A stretch of DNA of 63,728 nt, filler included, from Octopus bimaculoides (Eukaryota): assembly GCF_001194135.2 (NCBI RefSeq). It is 6 parts of 6 records of this genome, joined end to end, with 100 filler letters (N's around TTAATTAATTAA, not from the genome) between each part and the next. Parts side by side here need not be neighbours in the genome. Positions count along the whole stretch, not along the records: positions 33,684 to 43,592 come from NC_068985.1; positions 43,693 to 56,789 come from NC_068982.1; 4 more parts are not named here. One strand, written 5' to 3'. The notes under the pieces were generated by a model. The model saw only the letters and a program-made list of their open reading frames with translations, had not been told where the DNA came from and did no database searches. This document shows, in pieces, positions 38,112 through 51,405 of the stretch. The first letter of the stretch is position 1, and every line of letters begins with the position of its first letter. Position numbers and translations under genes: made by a program.

Positions 38112-38501
38112 TAAAAACAGTAAGTATACAGTTTGGAGTTGGTGTGGCAACTGTACACGTGCAAAATTTGAGTGAAGTTTGTTCCCAGGGTGCTCAGTGA
38201 CAAGCTTCTGGTTACCAACTACTTGACAGAGATAGGAATTGAAACTATCCCTTCTCTCCCTACAGTCCATACCTTATGCCCTGTGACTTTTGGTTGTTCC
38301 CCATGCTGAAGGAAAACCTCAGGGGCAGTCGTTTTGAAGATGATGGAAGGTGTGAGAAGGGTCCTAGATATCTTCTCTTTAGAGGCATTCTTTAGGGCCT
38401 TCACAAAGTAACTGGAGGTCCTATTTTGAAAGAGTTTTGTACTTTGAGATTAATAAATGTCTATCCTGAAAAACTCCGAAAACTTCTGGAATCCTCCTTG
38501 T
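38112..38501 (+). mobile_element. Second copy of the internally deleted mariner family
   Basis: Aligns to 33.07-33.50 kb including the same GTGCTCAGTGACAAGC junction; 3' TIR-like end. Confidence 0.8.
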
Positions 38502-39849
38502 ACTATCCTTTCTCCATCATAAATGAAAATGACAATTCAATCTTTTGCATGTCCAGTTGGCCTTTATCTTCAGCTCTATGTATAATCTTAGTTTATTCTT
38601 ATTCTCTACTAAGAGTTTTCATAAAATCTCTCTTTCTGTCTTTCTCTCTGTTTAATGTATACTTACATATAAACTTTGGTTTATTCCTGTTTAACTCTCA
38701 CCTACTCAAACTTTCATTCACCTAATTCTTTATGGTTCTGTGAAATTAGAAATGTTCCTCTTACACTCAAGAAGATGAAAATGATTTACACCCCTTCACT
38801 ACCCTACCATCTGCCTTTTTCCCTCTTTCAATCTTGGTCATTTTAACATTTTACCATTCAGTTGCTGTTAAAGCATAAAAATGTCTTTCAGCCTTTTTTG
38901 TTTTTTATCTTTTGCTATTTTCTCTGCATCTTAACAATCCACTGTTTATTATACAACTAGTCTCTGTTTTAAGTAAGTGTTGATTAAAAATTTCTCTGCT
39001 AAAGATTTTTCTTTATTTCTGTCTCCCTCTCTGTCTATTTAACATACATCTGCTTATAAACCTTATTTGTTCATAGTTTCTTCTGTAAGTTTCAATGAAA
39101 TCTTTATTCACTGTGTTACCTTCTTTGATTTATTCCTTTTTAATGTACATCCATTCAAATTTTTTATCAACTTGATTCTTTTGCTTTCTCCCACCCCCAT
39201 CTCATCCACAATGCATCTACCTGCCCTACTTCTACCACCACTAATTCTGATAAGCCTTTCAAAATATGTTCCATTGGAAACCATTGCCATCTCAGTAGCT
39301 TCACTCAGAAAATGCATTTTGAGGTCTCATGTCTCCATACATCTACACTCAGTTGTCCCATTCTTACACACACTCATAATATATATTTTTACTGGCCACT
39401 ATGTCTCTTTTATTTATCAAAGCATCCCAGACATATGTATTTTTAGCCAATATAAGTTTAAACCAATTTGACAGTGATATTTATCTTAGCATGTGCACCA
39501 TACTCAGGACTGCAAGCTGAACAGAAAGTCTGCTTTAACAAAACCCTTCTGCCAATTCTGGCACTTTGTCAGTTATGATGACATGGATTCCAGTTGATCT
39601 GATCAATGGAACAGCCTGCTCATGAAATTAACATGCAAATGGTTGAGCGTTCCACAAATACACATACCTTTAGAGCAGTTCTCAAGGAGATTCAGCTTTT
39701 CACAGAATGTGATAAGGCTGGCTCTGTGTGGACTGGAGCAATGTGAAATAAAGTGTCTTGCTCGTGGACACAATACACCAGTTTTTGAACCCATGACATT
39801 ACAGCCCTGTGCTAGATACCTTAACCTCACAACTACATGCCTTCAGATT

Positions 39850-42060
39850 ATATCTGAGACAATTGACAGTGATCTCATTAACATGGGCCAGTGATTTTAA
39901 CAAACATATTGGACAGCATCACAATGGCTTATCAGGCATACATGGGGATATGGTTATGAAACATGGAATAAAGAGGTTGGGGATCAAGGCTCCTTGAGTT
40001 CTATGATGCAAACAACTAAGACATTTGCAATATCAAGTGCAGGATATTGGCAAGTCACCTAATTACCTACCAATTAGGTGAACACAGAAGCTGCATGAAC
40101 GTTTTCCTCATCAGAAAAAGAGATAGACAGATGGTTGTGACTGTCAAGTCTTTCCTTGGTGGAGGGTGTTAGCAACACCAGAATTAGAAGTAAGAGCTAG
40201 ACAGACTCTGAGATAAAGACAATTTAGAGAAGGAAAATATATAAGTTGTAGGAGCCTTCAGTTAGTAATAGGTTTGGACCAGTATTGGTTGATGTATATG
40301 ATGAGATAGAGGAGGAGGGAGAAAGTTATAGCTTAGAAGACAAGAGTTTGTGTGTGGTAACATATTAATGGCAATTTAACTGATCTGTGGCTGAAGCAAG
40401 GTTCCAATGGACTTGATGCTGAAACAGCTCTGTAGATAAGAACCATAGGGCTAAGAAAGAAGACTGGAAAAAGGGAGGCAACAAGAAAAGCTTGACATCA
40501 AGTATATTTAGCTAGGTGAGAAACCTAAAGAAAGAAGTTTGTCAATATTCTAACGCATGGAGTTCAGAGGCATGAGGTATTCAAGATTACAAAGCAGGAA
40601 TAGTAGTGATGCATTTACTCCTACCAATGCTGGAGTAAGAGTATAGAGGAGTTATTATGAGAAGTTGCTGAATACAGAGAATGTAGGAGAAAAAGAGGGC
40701 CTAGCCCATGTATACTGTAGAGAGGGATGAGTTATTCAAGTTTCCTGTAGTATGGCAGATAGAGAGATTAAAGATGTCAAGACAGAGAAAGTATCAGGAC
40801 CATCAGAAATAACTGCTGAGATGCTTATGATGCTTATGGTGTAACCACCTACATATTCAGTCAGGAGTTTAAGAAGATGCCATCCCAATGACCTGAGTAA
40901 CAGTATCAATGCTGGATGCTACAGAGGCAAAGGAGATGCATTAGAGAGAGAGAGAGTTAATTAGAGAAGTATCTAACTGTTAAACTAGGCTATGGAAGTT
41001 ATGGAAAGTTATCAATTGATAATTGATAAATAACCTAGATGAAGTGCAGTTAGTTTTTGTACCAACTGATGCTATTTTCCTATTAAAGTAAATGCAGAAT
41101 TACTTAGTCAGGAATAAGCCAACCTGGAAAAGACCTTTAACAAGTTTCAATGAAATATGGAATGGTGGTTTCTGAGGAAGCTAGGATAATATGAATGGTT
41201 GTGAGAGCTGTGCAAGCCATTTACAAAAGTGCAGTCAGCAAGCCAAGAGTCAGTAATGCATAAGCTGAATCAGTAGTATACTTGAAGAAGTTCCAGATGT
41301 GGAAACAAATTTTAGAGTTAAGAGGCATCAAAGTTAATTTAGTACACACTAAAGTATTAGCCAGCTGGAATAAAGATAGGACCATGCTACCATCAGAGAA
41401 ATGACCATGCTCAATATGCAGAAAAAAACATAAGTAGAAATTCCATATGGTATACCCACTGCAAATTATGGCTACACATAGCTGCAGTAAGATCACAGAC
41501 AGGCTAACAGAAAACGTAGACTTCATATGCAGCAGGTGTACAAGGACAGTAATAACTAAGACAGCTCAGGGGAAATAGGTACTTTTAAATGCCCAGAAAG
41601 CCCTCAAGAAATAGTTGATAGCTATTGCTATCTAGGTGGTCTAATTAGCAATGGTAGTGATGGCAGAGAAGTTCCAAAAGCATAACAGCTAGTGTAAGAA
41701 TGGGTTAGAAAATGTTCAGAGATCTATTACCTCTACTAGAAACAAAGGGCTTCTCCCTCAGAGTGAAAAACAGATTGTACAATGTATGTGTCTGTATGTA
41801 TATAATATGAGTAGATCCCATACCACCTGTCATTATATGAATGGACAAGTAATAGGAAGATGCTGCCTGACTGGCACCCGTACTGGTGGCACGTAAAAAG
41901 CACCCACTACACTCTTAGAGTGGTTGGCATTAGGAAGGGCTTCCAGGTGCAGAAACCTTGCCAGATCAGATTGGAGCCTGGTGCAGCCTCCCAGCTTGCC
42001 AGTCCTCAGTCAAACCATCCAAATCAGGCAAGCATGGAAAGCAGACATTAAACAATGATG
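39850..42060 (+). mobile_element. Old RTE-clade LINE (APE endonuclease, RT remnant and 3' end)
   Basis: DFNKHIGQHHNGLSGIHG, YYEKLLNTEN, SGPSEITAEML, YCYLGGLIS; 3' UTR at 41.87-42.06 kb matches the 35.8-kb family. Confidence 0.85.
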
Positions 42061-42379
42061 AAAAATATATGTTCTGGATGCATATATACACTCATACACT
42101 CATCTCTGTACACTTTCTGCAACTTAGTGTTGGCCTCTAAGCAGGTATCGCCATGATAACTTGCTCCGTCATGGTCAATGCGATGATCATACACTACACA
42201 CCTTCCTTCTAAGTACTGCTGTAAACAGCAGAAGTGAGCTAGAATGTTAAAACTTAGTGCGCATGCACAACAGAGTTCAAGGTCAATCTGTGCCAAGTGG
42301 CTTTACTTTGCATGCTTTAGCTTTGTTACTAAACAGTCTGGATACTTATTGATCAAACCTAGTATATATACAGGCATTC

Positions 42380-43200
42380 CTACACATGTGTACCCTCCTC
42401 ACTTTGTTGCTTCATAACTTCCTGAAAAATGGATATTTTTAAACAAAATTTTCTACAAATATGCTTCAGATGGCATAGATTCTAATTATGTGGTGAAAAC
42501 TTTTTCCAAAGGCGGAGCAAAGAGTTTGGGAAAATTCACACAAGATGGCTTTCTTTACTCACATCTTCCAGAAAAATGGGTAATTTTTAATGAAACTTTC
42601 TATAAATATCTTACAGATTGTGTAGATTATGGTTATATCAGAATTTAATATGGAAAACGAAAAAAATTGGTGGGCCCAATGCAATGGTCACATGCTACAC
42701 ACATTCCTTCCAAGCACTGCTGTAAACTGCAGAATTAGAACATTAAAACTTAGTGTGCATGCACAGCAGAATTCAAGATCAAATTTCAAAATGAAATTTG
42801 AAATTTTGGAAAAAATGTGATGTGTGTCAGTATGTTTGTGTGTGTGCTCACTATTTAAAAAACTTTTTTTTTTTTTGTCACATCAAATTCTGATACGATC
42901 GTAATTTGCATACTCTGAAAAGTATTTGTAGAAAATTTCATCAAAAAATAACCTTTTTCTGGAAGTTATGAGGAAACCAAGCCAACTTGTGTGAATTTTC
43001 CCAAAGTTCTCTTTCCACCCACAGAAAAAAAATTTTTTTCACAAGGAATTCCTATATAACTGGGATCTGCACCATCTGAAGCATATTTATAGAAAATTTC
43101 ATTTAAGAATATCCATTTTCCCAATTTTTTATTTTCCTCTAAGTTATGGTAAAAACAAAGTCGGGGGTGGGGCATACATAGCCACGTCTGCACATTTGTA
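42380..43200. mobile_element. Foldback-like element with long modular inverted arms
   Basis: 42421-42480 pairs with about 43064-43123 and 42523-42610 with about 42920-43010; a direct repeat links 42170-42290 and 42675-42790. Confidence 0.6.
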
Positions 43201-43692
43201 TATAAATACGGATGTGCAAACGTGACTGTAATTGAGTGTTTATGTTTACCCCCGACTACTGCTTGATAATGAGTGTTGAATTTTTGGTACTTTTTGGTAA
43301 TCTCACCCCCATTAGAAAATTGCCATTAAAAAATTGGGTTATCTCCCCACTAAAAAGTTGAGTTTATGTAACAAGAGATTGGATTAAAAGGGTTAGATCC
43401 TTTTGATTCAATACTTCAACCATTGTTGACGTTTTGCCTTCTCAATAGACATGGTTTGGTTTGTTATAAAAATGTTATTAGACTCAATAAGATGTTTAAT
43501 CATTTCAGTTTTCGGAAAGACTTCCGCCTGTACCCGTCCCCCATTTTCTCCCAAATTTATTTTTCTATCTTTTTTAGCAAAAAAAAAAAAAANNNNNNNN
43601 NNNNNNNNNNNNNNNNNNNNNNNNNNNNNNNNNNNNTTAATTAATTAANNNNNNNNNNNNNNNNNNNNNNNNNNNNNNNNNNNNNNNNNNNN

Positions 43693-43727
<35 letters not shown>

Positions 43728-44160
43728 CATATGTACACACATATATATATATACGGTGGTGCACCAGCATGACCGCAGCCACTTGGCTGAAACACATAAA
43801 TAAATAAATAAATAAATAAATACATATATGTACATACGTATATATGCACACACATACATACATATATACATTTATGCGCGCTCGCGCTGTGTGTGTGTGT
43901 CTGTGTTTGTGTGTGTACGTATATATGCACACGCACACATACATCGATACATTTATGCTTGTGTGTGCGTGTGTATATATGTGTTTGTGGGCGTGTATGA
44001 TTTTGAGAGAAAGTTAGAAAAGTGACTCGAGTCCTGGTAGTTTCGTGTATGGTGCTTATCATGAATTTCTGAGTCCTTGAGTCACTTTTGTAACTTTCTG
44101 CCGATTAAAACTCATATGTATATATATATATATATATATNNNNNNNNNNATATCTTGTCA

Positions 44161-46024
44161 GGGCGACTGATACCAGGACAGTTTATTCCCGGAAAACTCA
44201 TATAGGACAAATCATACCTGGACAATTGATATCTAGGACAACTCATAAAAGATATAATTTTGAAAGAAATATCAAGTAAAAATAAAATAACAAATATTAA
44301 AAGAAAAAAATGTGGTGCGGTGGAGGCGGAGAACAATGAAAACTAAAAACATTAAAAACTGTCAATATAAAAAGAATTTACTAAAACTGAGACTTAGTTC
44401 AGATTATATGCCACAGCTTTTAAGAAAGACATTTTCTGGGCAAGGACTATACTTTTCAAGTAAAGTTATCAGTCAGTTGCTTCAGTCTTTGTAAACCTGT
44501 TTTGAAGTTATTTGCACTCCCCGTTCCAAATCAATTTTCTTTTTCTGCGCCAAAACCGCCTCCAACTTTAGTGCATTTATTAATTTCCAGATATTTGGGT
44601 GTTGGCATGAAATCGAATTTTGTAAGGTATTATGAAAACCTTCAAGGCTATTGAAGTGCACTCTCAAATATTCCATACTTTAATTGGAATTATTGGAGCT
44701 AGACGACGTCTTTTTCGGGTCCTATGTAAGTCACTTCAAATTACGACACAAATCCTTGTGGCAAACTATCGTCGTCGGACAGTTCTTGGTATGCAACGAT
44801 AACATTAGTCGCTGGTGAAAAAGCAAGTGCTGTAAAGTACTTTATCTTTAGACAAAATACTTTATCTGTATTATACTGAACTTTATGACCTAGCTCGACA
44901 AGTTTTCGGTAGAGATTTAAAAAAAAATTAAATAAACAACTAGTTACCGCCATGTCAGGAAATCTTGAAATAAGGCTACTCATGGGGGCTTTTTTGAAGT
45001 CCATCATATACCTTTTATATTTGGGCGAAGAGTAACGAGCTGAGAAAACAATCGATCATAATTTGTTTGCCACTTGTTGGGTAACAATACGAAAACAAGA
45101 GGTACATTCAAATTACCTATTTGAATGCTGATTGGTAATGTAAAGACGGACAAACTTTAAATGTACCATCACCAGGCCAATCACGAATTTTAACATGATC
45201 ATCTAGCCATGTTGATGATGCGAAAATTAGCATTCTTTCGTTATCTTCTGCGCCAGTATCATATTGCAAAAATACTTCCCCCGATTCAAATTTGCAGTAC
45301 TCTAGCGGAATATCAAAACCATATCTTTCTGATGGAATATGGGGAGCACTACTTCTGTCGCAATCACATTTCTCGCGGTCTCTTTTGATGACAAGGCTTT
45401 GGCTTTTATAGAACCGAGAACAATTCTTGATTTCGCTTTATTCCCATCAGCGCTGTGAAAGTGTTCTCCTGTTGAAGATACTATTTCTAATAGGTCCTCC
45501 TCAACCATCATCTGAACGCGCGCTCCGTACATCTTTTCTTCACATAGCCATACTTTACTTGATTTATCTGCATTCTGTCTGGGAAAATTATATACGTAGT
45601 TATTATCATCCACAAGCTTATTATATCCTCGCTGAGATTTTATATAATATGGCATTGAGAGAACCAAAGAAAATTTTAAAACAGTTGAAAAGTTGACAAG
45701 TACAAAACCAACTAACTTGACAAGTACAAAATATAAAAAACTATGACGACCGTTTGTGAGTTGTTTGCTGGGCGAACAATAACTCGCATGAACTATGAAA
45801 TTTAATGGATAGTAATCAATAGTTAAAGAGTTAAACGATCGCTGTTACGCCTAAAAGCTAAAATCTTGCCATTTTACTTTATCATTAACTGTATTTGAGT
45901 GGGTTATTTCTTTTAAGTGAAAATATTTATACCTGTTTATATGTTGTCCTAGATATCAATTGTCCAGGTATGAATTGTCCTATGTGAGTTTTCCGAGAAT
46001 GAGGTGTCATGGTATCAGTTGCAT
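44161..46024 (-). mobile_element. MULE/Mutator transposon with both TIRs (about 95 bp) and decayed FLYWCH + MULE transposase
   Basis: TIRs 44161-44256 and about 45928-46024; KSQRGYNKL..YVY..WLC..HFH (FLYWCH), GDGTFKVCP, DFKKA..CLF, NSLEGFHN..HPNIWKLI. Confidence 0.92.
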
Positions 46025-46149
46025 CAAAACCATATATACTCATGCATTGAGATCTATTTCTCCTGCTCGTTAATCCCCCCTCCCATATCCCCGTCTCTCA
46101 TTTTCTTCACCATCACACGCCCTTGGAACATCAAGTGATAGTGTTTACA

Positions 46150-47050
46150 TTTACACAGGCTCGAACAGGAAACTGCTGGTTTGTGTCAGCCGAGAACTAA
46201 AGACAAAATAAGCGAAGTACTCATCAAAAGCATGATGTTTGCAGATGATGAAGCACACTCAAGAAATAGCAGCAACACAGCAAGTTCAGAAGAGGATGTC
46301 TTCGGTTTGACCATCAGTGTCTTGAGACAAGGTTTGAGTCACTCATCTATCATCAATTGCGAGCGTGAGATAATCCCAGTTAAAATAAGTTTTTTTCATC
46401 ACTGAGTAAAACTTCTTGTGAGAGTCTCAGTTAAGAAAACTTATTTGAAGAGCAGCGTCAGTACAAGTTATTCTCACTGCGAGAGTCTGGAAGGATGGTA
46501 TGCACGCCGCAGATTTGCAGTCTACGTAGCTCCTTAGCACACTGATTTATGGCAGAGTAAGCTGGAACATCTACTCCAAAGGAGAGGGGCTACTCAATGC
46601 CTTTACCTCCGTAGCTTCAAGCATTTTCTGAACATCGAGAAACTGACTGTGTCAGCAACAATGTAGAGCTGATTCACGTGCAGACACGTAGCCAGCTTCT
46701 TCATCCAATTGCAATGAGGACGCCTTCACTGACTGGGCCTTGTATGGCACATGTCAGGCAGTAGGATCTCCAAAGATTTACAGTGTGGGGAAAGGAATAT
46801 TCAGTAAGAAAACACAAGGACGACTCCATCTTCGTTTCAAAGATATCGTCAACGGAAACATAAAATCTATTAACTTTGCTGATGATCACTCGCGCTGGAG
46901 ACTGGAACTGGAAATCGGTTTCAAAAGACGAGAGAAGAGGCTAGCGCTTCCTGAAGAAGGAAAGCAAAATCGATGGGAAAATATCTACGGAAAAAAACTA
47001 ACTGGCAGGCAGCGCCTTCAAATACAGTCACTGTAGCAACGACTTCCACT
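46150..47050 (+). mobile_element. RTE/RTE-X-like LINE RT 3' remnant
   Basis: EVLIKSMMFADD, FGLTIS, TLIYG, QGRLHLRFKDIV. Confidence 0.75.
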
Positions 47051-47527
47051 CAATGGGGGCCTCCATAGTCACAGAAGATGCTACTCTTCCAATAAGATCA
47101 AAACAAGACTTTCAGGGGCAGATCCCTGGTTTTGTTAAACTTAACGATGCTTCCGACATACATACATACATGTATACATACATGTATGCAGGCATGTATG
47201 CATACACATATACATATACATACACATATACTTGTATATACATACATATATTTATAAACACATATATGTATATGTACACACACACGCACATATACATATA
47301 TACATACATGCACACACACACACACACGTGCACACAGACACACACACATGTACGTACATATATGTGCGTGTGCGTGTATATATATGTATATATAAATACA
47401 TATATATAGGCACACACATATATATATATACATACATACGCATACACACGCACATACACATGCACACACATACCTATGTATATATGCATGGATATAGATA
47501 TACATACGCATATCACATTTATATATA

Positions 47528-47855
47528 CAAGGTGCGAGAGGTATTTGAGGACATTTCGTTTTTAGTCCATTACACCTTCAAATCATTTAATATATCATTT
47601 TTGTTTCAGATAACTCTTTCAAGATATCATGCTAACACAAGAAATTAAAAAACATGCAGTCATAGTTGCTATACATGCAAATCACAGTGATTTAGAAATT
47701 AGCAACTTTCTAAATGTTGCAAGATCATTTGTACACAAAGTTCGGTTGGGATTGGAGGCAAGCGATGGTAATGTTTTACCTGTATCAAAGAGAAAAAAAC
47801 ATTCACAATTCGCAGACACTAAAAGGACACCGGAATTTATACATGTTCAAAATAT
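47528..47855 (+). mobile_element. Tc1/mariner-superfamily 5' end with N-terminal HTH, running into a gap
   Basis: TA+CAAGGTG start; MLTQEIKKHAVIVAIHANHSDLEISNFLNVARSFVHKVR...RKKHS..KRTPEFI. Confidence 0.7.
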
Positions 47856-48732
47856 GTATANNNNNNNNNNNNNNNNNNNNNNNNNNNNNNNNNNNNNNNN
47901 NNNNNNNNNNNNNNNNNNNNNNNNNNNNNNNNNNNNNNNNNNNNNNNNNNNNNNNNNNNNNNNNNNNNNNNNNNNNNNNNNNNNNNNNNNNNNNNNNNNN
48001 NNNNNNNNNNNNNNNNNNNNNNNNNNNNNNNNNNNNNNNNNNNNNNNNNNNNNNNNNNNNNNNNNNNNNNNNNNNNNNNNNNNNNNNNNNNNNNNNNNNN
48101 NNNNNNNNNNNNNNNNNNNNNNNNNNNNNNNNNNNNNNNNNNNNNNNNNNNNNNNNNNNNNNNNNNNNNNNNNNNNNNNNNNNNNNNNNNNNNNNNNNNN
48201 NNNNNNNNNNNNNNNNNNNNNNNNNNNNNNNNNNNNNNNNNNNNNNNNNNNNNNNNNNNNNNNNNNNNNNNNNNNNNNNNNNNNNNNNNNNNNNNNNNNN
48301 NNNNNNNNNNNNNNNNNNNNNNNNNNNNNNNNNNNNNNNNNNNNNNNNNNNNNNNNNNNNNNNNNNNNNNNNNNNNNNNNNNNNNNNNNNNNNNNNNNNN
48401 NNNNNNNNNNNNNNNNNNNNNNNNNNNNNNNNNNNNNNNNNNNNNNNNNNNNNNNNNNNNNNNNNNNNNNNNNNNNNNNNNNNNNNNNNNNNNNNNNNNN
48501 NNNNNNNNNNNNNNNNNNNNNNNNNNNNNNNNNNNNNNNNNNNNNNNNNNNNNNNNNNNNNNNNNNNNNNNNNNNNNNNNNNNNNNNNNNNNNNNNNNNN
48601 NNNNNNNNNNNNNNNNNNNNNNNNNNNNNNNNNNNNNNNNNNNNNNNNNNNNNNNNNNNNNNNNNNNNNNNNNNNNNNNNNNNNNNNNNNNNNNNNNNNN
48701 NNNNNNNNNNNNNNNNNNNNNNNNNNNNNNNN

Positions 48733-48793
<61 letters not shown>

Positions 48794-48875
48794 CGTGTTT
48801 ATATACGTATACCCATATGCATATATATTATTTATGTACCTCTGTGTGCTTGTGTATGCACTTGCATCTGTGTAA

Positions 48876-48950
<75 letters not shown>

Positions 48951-49669
48951 CAGCAGCAGCAGCAGTATATTGCTATATCGTGGTAACAAACTATCTTATC
49001 TATAGACTAGGTAGAGCTTATTTTACGATAACGTAACACAGAACAGATTCTGCGAGATTTCTGTTCGTAAGCCACGTTCTTCTCATATAATACGTGTTTC
49101 CGCCAAGATAACGCTAAACAGCTAGTTCATTTTGATTATCATGTCGTAGACGCCGATGGAATAGGAGATGGGTGGTGGAGGTGAGATACTAATAATAACA
49201 AGGTGATAACCACGATAATTATAATATTGATGAAGACAATGTACATGACGATGAATATGACGGCAACAACCACGAAGACGTCGAAGATAGGGTAACGAAG
49301 ACGAAGTTGGCGACATCAGCGAAGATAGCGGCGATGAAGATGATGATGATGAGAAGGAGGAGGAGGGGGAGGAGGTATGTGTGTGTAGAGTGAGAGAGAA
49401 ATGGGAAGGGAGAAACGCTAGAGTGTATATAATATAAAATATATATGGTATATATAATATATATTATATAAATAATATACATATAATATATATACATACA
49501 TATATATGTCCCCGTAACATAGCGGTTCGACGAAAGATATCGACAAAATAAGTAACAGGCTTTAAAAAAAGGTACTGGGGTCGATATATTCGACTATAAA
49601 TTTAAGGCGGTGCCCCAGCATGGCCGCAATCAAATGACTGAAAGAAACGATAAAAGGTAACAGATATAT

Positions 49670-49822
49670 ATAGAAGCTTGCTTCCCAACCACATGGTTCC
49701 CGGTTCAGTCCCACTGCATAGCATTGTGGGCCAGTGTCTTCTATAACCTCGAACCGACCACAGCCTTATGAGTGGATTTGGTAGATAGAAATTGAAAGAA
49801 GCTAGTCGTATATATATATATA

Positions 49823-49877
<55 letters not shown>

Positions 49878-50046
49878 TCCCCTCACCATCGCTTGACAAC
49901 CGATGCTGGTGTGTTCATGTGCCTGAAACTTAGTGGTTCGGCAAAAACCACCGATAGAATAATTCCTAGGGTTACAAAGAATAAGTCCTGGGGTCGATTT
50001 CTTCGGCTAAAGGTGGTGCTCCAGCATGACCACAGTCAAATGACTG
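49670..50046 (+). mobile_element. CORE-type SINE, young copy
   Basis: Complete family structure with internal (TA)(TG); further copies near 24.5, 32.1-32.4, 43.8, 49.5, 51.6, 56.7 and 61.2 kb. Confidence 0.9.
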
Positions 50047-50663
50047 NNNNNNNNNNNNNNNNNNNNNNNNNNNNNNNNNNNNNNNNNNNNNNNNNNNNNN
50101 NNNNNNNNNNNNNNNNNNNNNNNNNNNNNNNNNNNNNNNNNNNNNNNNNNNNNNNNNNNNNNNNNNNNNNNNNNNNNNNNNNNNNNNNNNNNNNNNNNNN
50201 NNNNNNNNNNNNNNNNNNNNNNNNNNNNNNNNNNNNNNNNNNNNNNNNNNNNNNNNNNNNNNNNNNNNNNNNNNNNNNNNNNNNNNNNNNNNNNNNNNNN
50301 NNNNNNNNNNNNNNNNNNNNNNNNNNNNNNNNNNNNNNNNNNNNNNNNNNNNNNNNNNNNNNNNNNNNNNNNNNNNNNNNNNNNNNNNNNNNNNNNNNNN
50401 NNNNNNNNNNNNNNNNNNNNNNNNNNNNNNNNNNNNNNNNNNNNNNNNNNNNNNNNNNNNNNNNNNNNNNNNNNNNNNNNNNNNNNNNNNNNNNNNNNNN
50501 NNNNNNNNNNNNNNNNNNNNNNNNNNNNNNNNNNNNNNNNNNNNNNNNNNNNNNNNNNNNNNNNNNNNNNNNNNNNNNNNNNNNNNNNNNNNNNNNNNNN
50601 NNNNNNNNNNNNNNNNNNNNNNNNNNNNNNNNNNNNNNNNNNNNNNNNNNNNNNNNNNNNNNN

Positions 50664-51405
50664 TAACGATTCTGCCAGTTCACCGCCTGTACAGTGTTTA
50701 ATAAACCTTTCTATTATAGGCACAAGGCCTGAAATTTGGAAGAGGGGGATAGTCGATTACATCGACCACAGTACTCAGCTGGTACTTAATTTACCGATCC
50801 TGAAAAGATGAAAGGCAAAGTCGACCACGGTGGAATTTGAACACGGAACGTAGCGACGGGTGAAATACCGCTAAGCATTTCATCCAGCGTGCTAACGATT
50901 CTGCCAGTTCACCGCCTGTACAGTGTTTAATAATGGTTTCGAATTTCGACAGAAGGTCAACAGTTTTGGGGGGAAGGGGGCATTAATCGATTACATCAAC
51001 TCCGTTATTTCACCTGTGCTTTGTTTTACCCACCTCGCAAGGATGAAAGGCAAAGTTGACTTCGGTGAGATTTGGACTCAGAACGTATAGAGTCGGAAGA
51101 ATTTCTTATTTCTTTACTGCCCACAAGGTGCTAAACATAAAGGGGACAAACAAGGGATTAAATCTATTACATCGACCCCAGTGCGTAACTGGTACTTAAT
51201 TTATCGACCCCGAAAGGATGAAAGGCAAAGTCGACCTCGGTGGAATTTGAACTCAGAACGTAGCGGCAGACGAAATACCGCTAAGCATTTCGCCCGGCGT
51301 GCTAACGTCTCTGCCAGCTCGCCGCCTTTCGGAAGAATTTCTGCTAAGTATTTTGTTCAACGTGTTGAAATGTCTGCCAGCTGGTCCCCGTACCGTGTTT
51401 AATAA
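50664..51405 (-). mobile_element. Tandem array of Deu/Nin-like tRNA SINEs, including a young copy at about 51103-51327
   Basis: Minus strand GGCGGCGAGCTGGCAGAGACGTTAGC (A box), GAGTTCAAATTCC (B box), GACTTTGCCTTTCATCCTTTCGGGGTCGATAAATTAAGTACCAG. Confidence 0.9.

Noticed and set aside
47860-49036. Long ORFs spanning N gaps (also at 8.3-9.0, 24.4-25.5, 26.7-27.6, 49.8-50.7 and 53.7-54.5 kb)
   Set aside because: Length comes from Ns and (TA)n, not coding sequence
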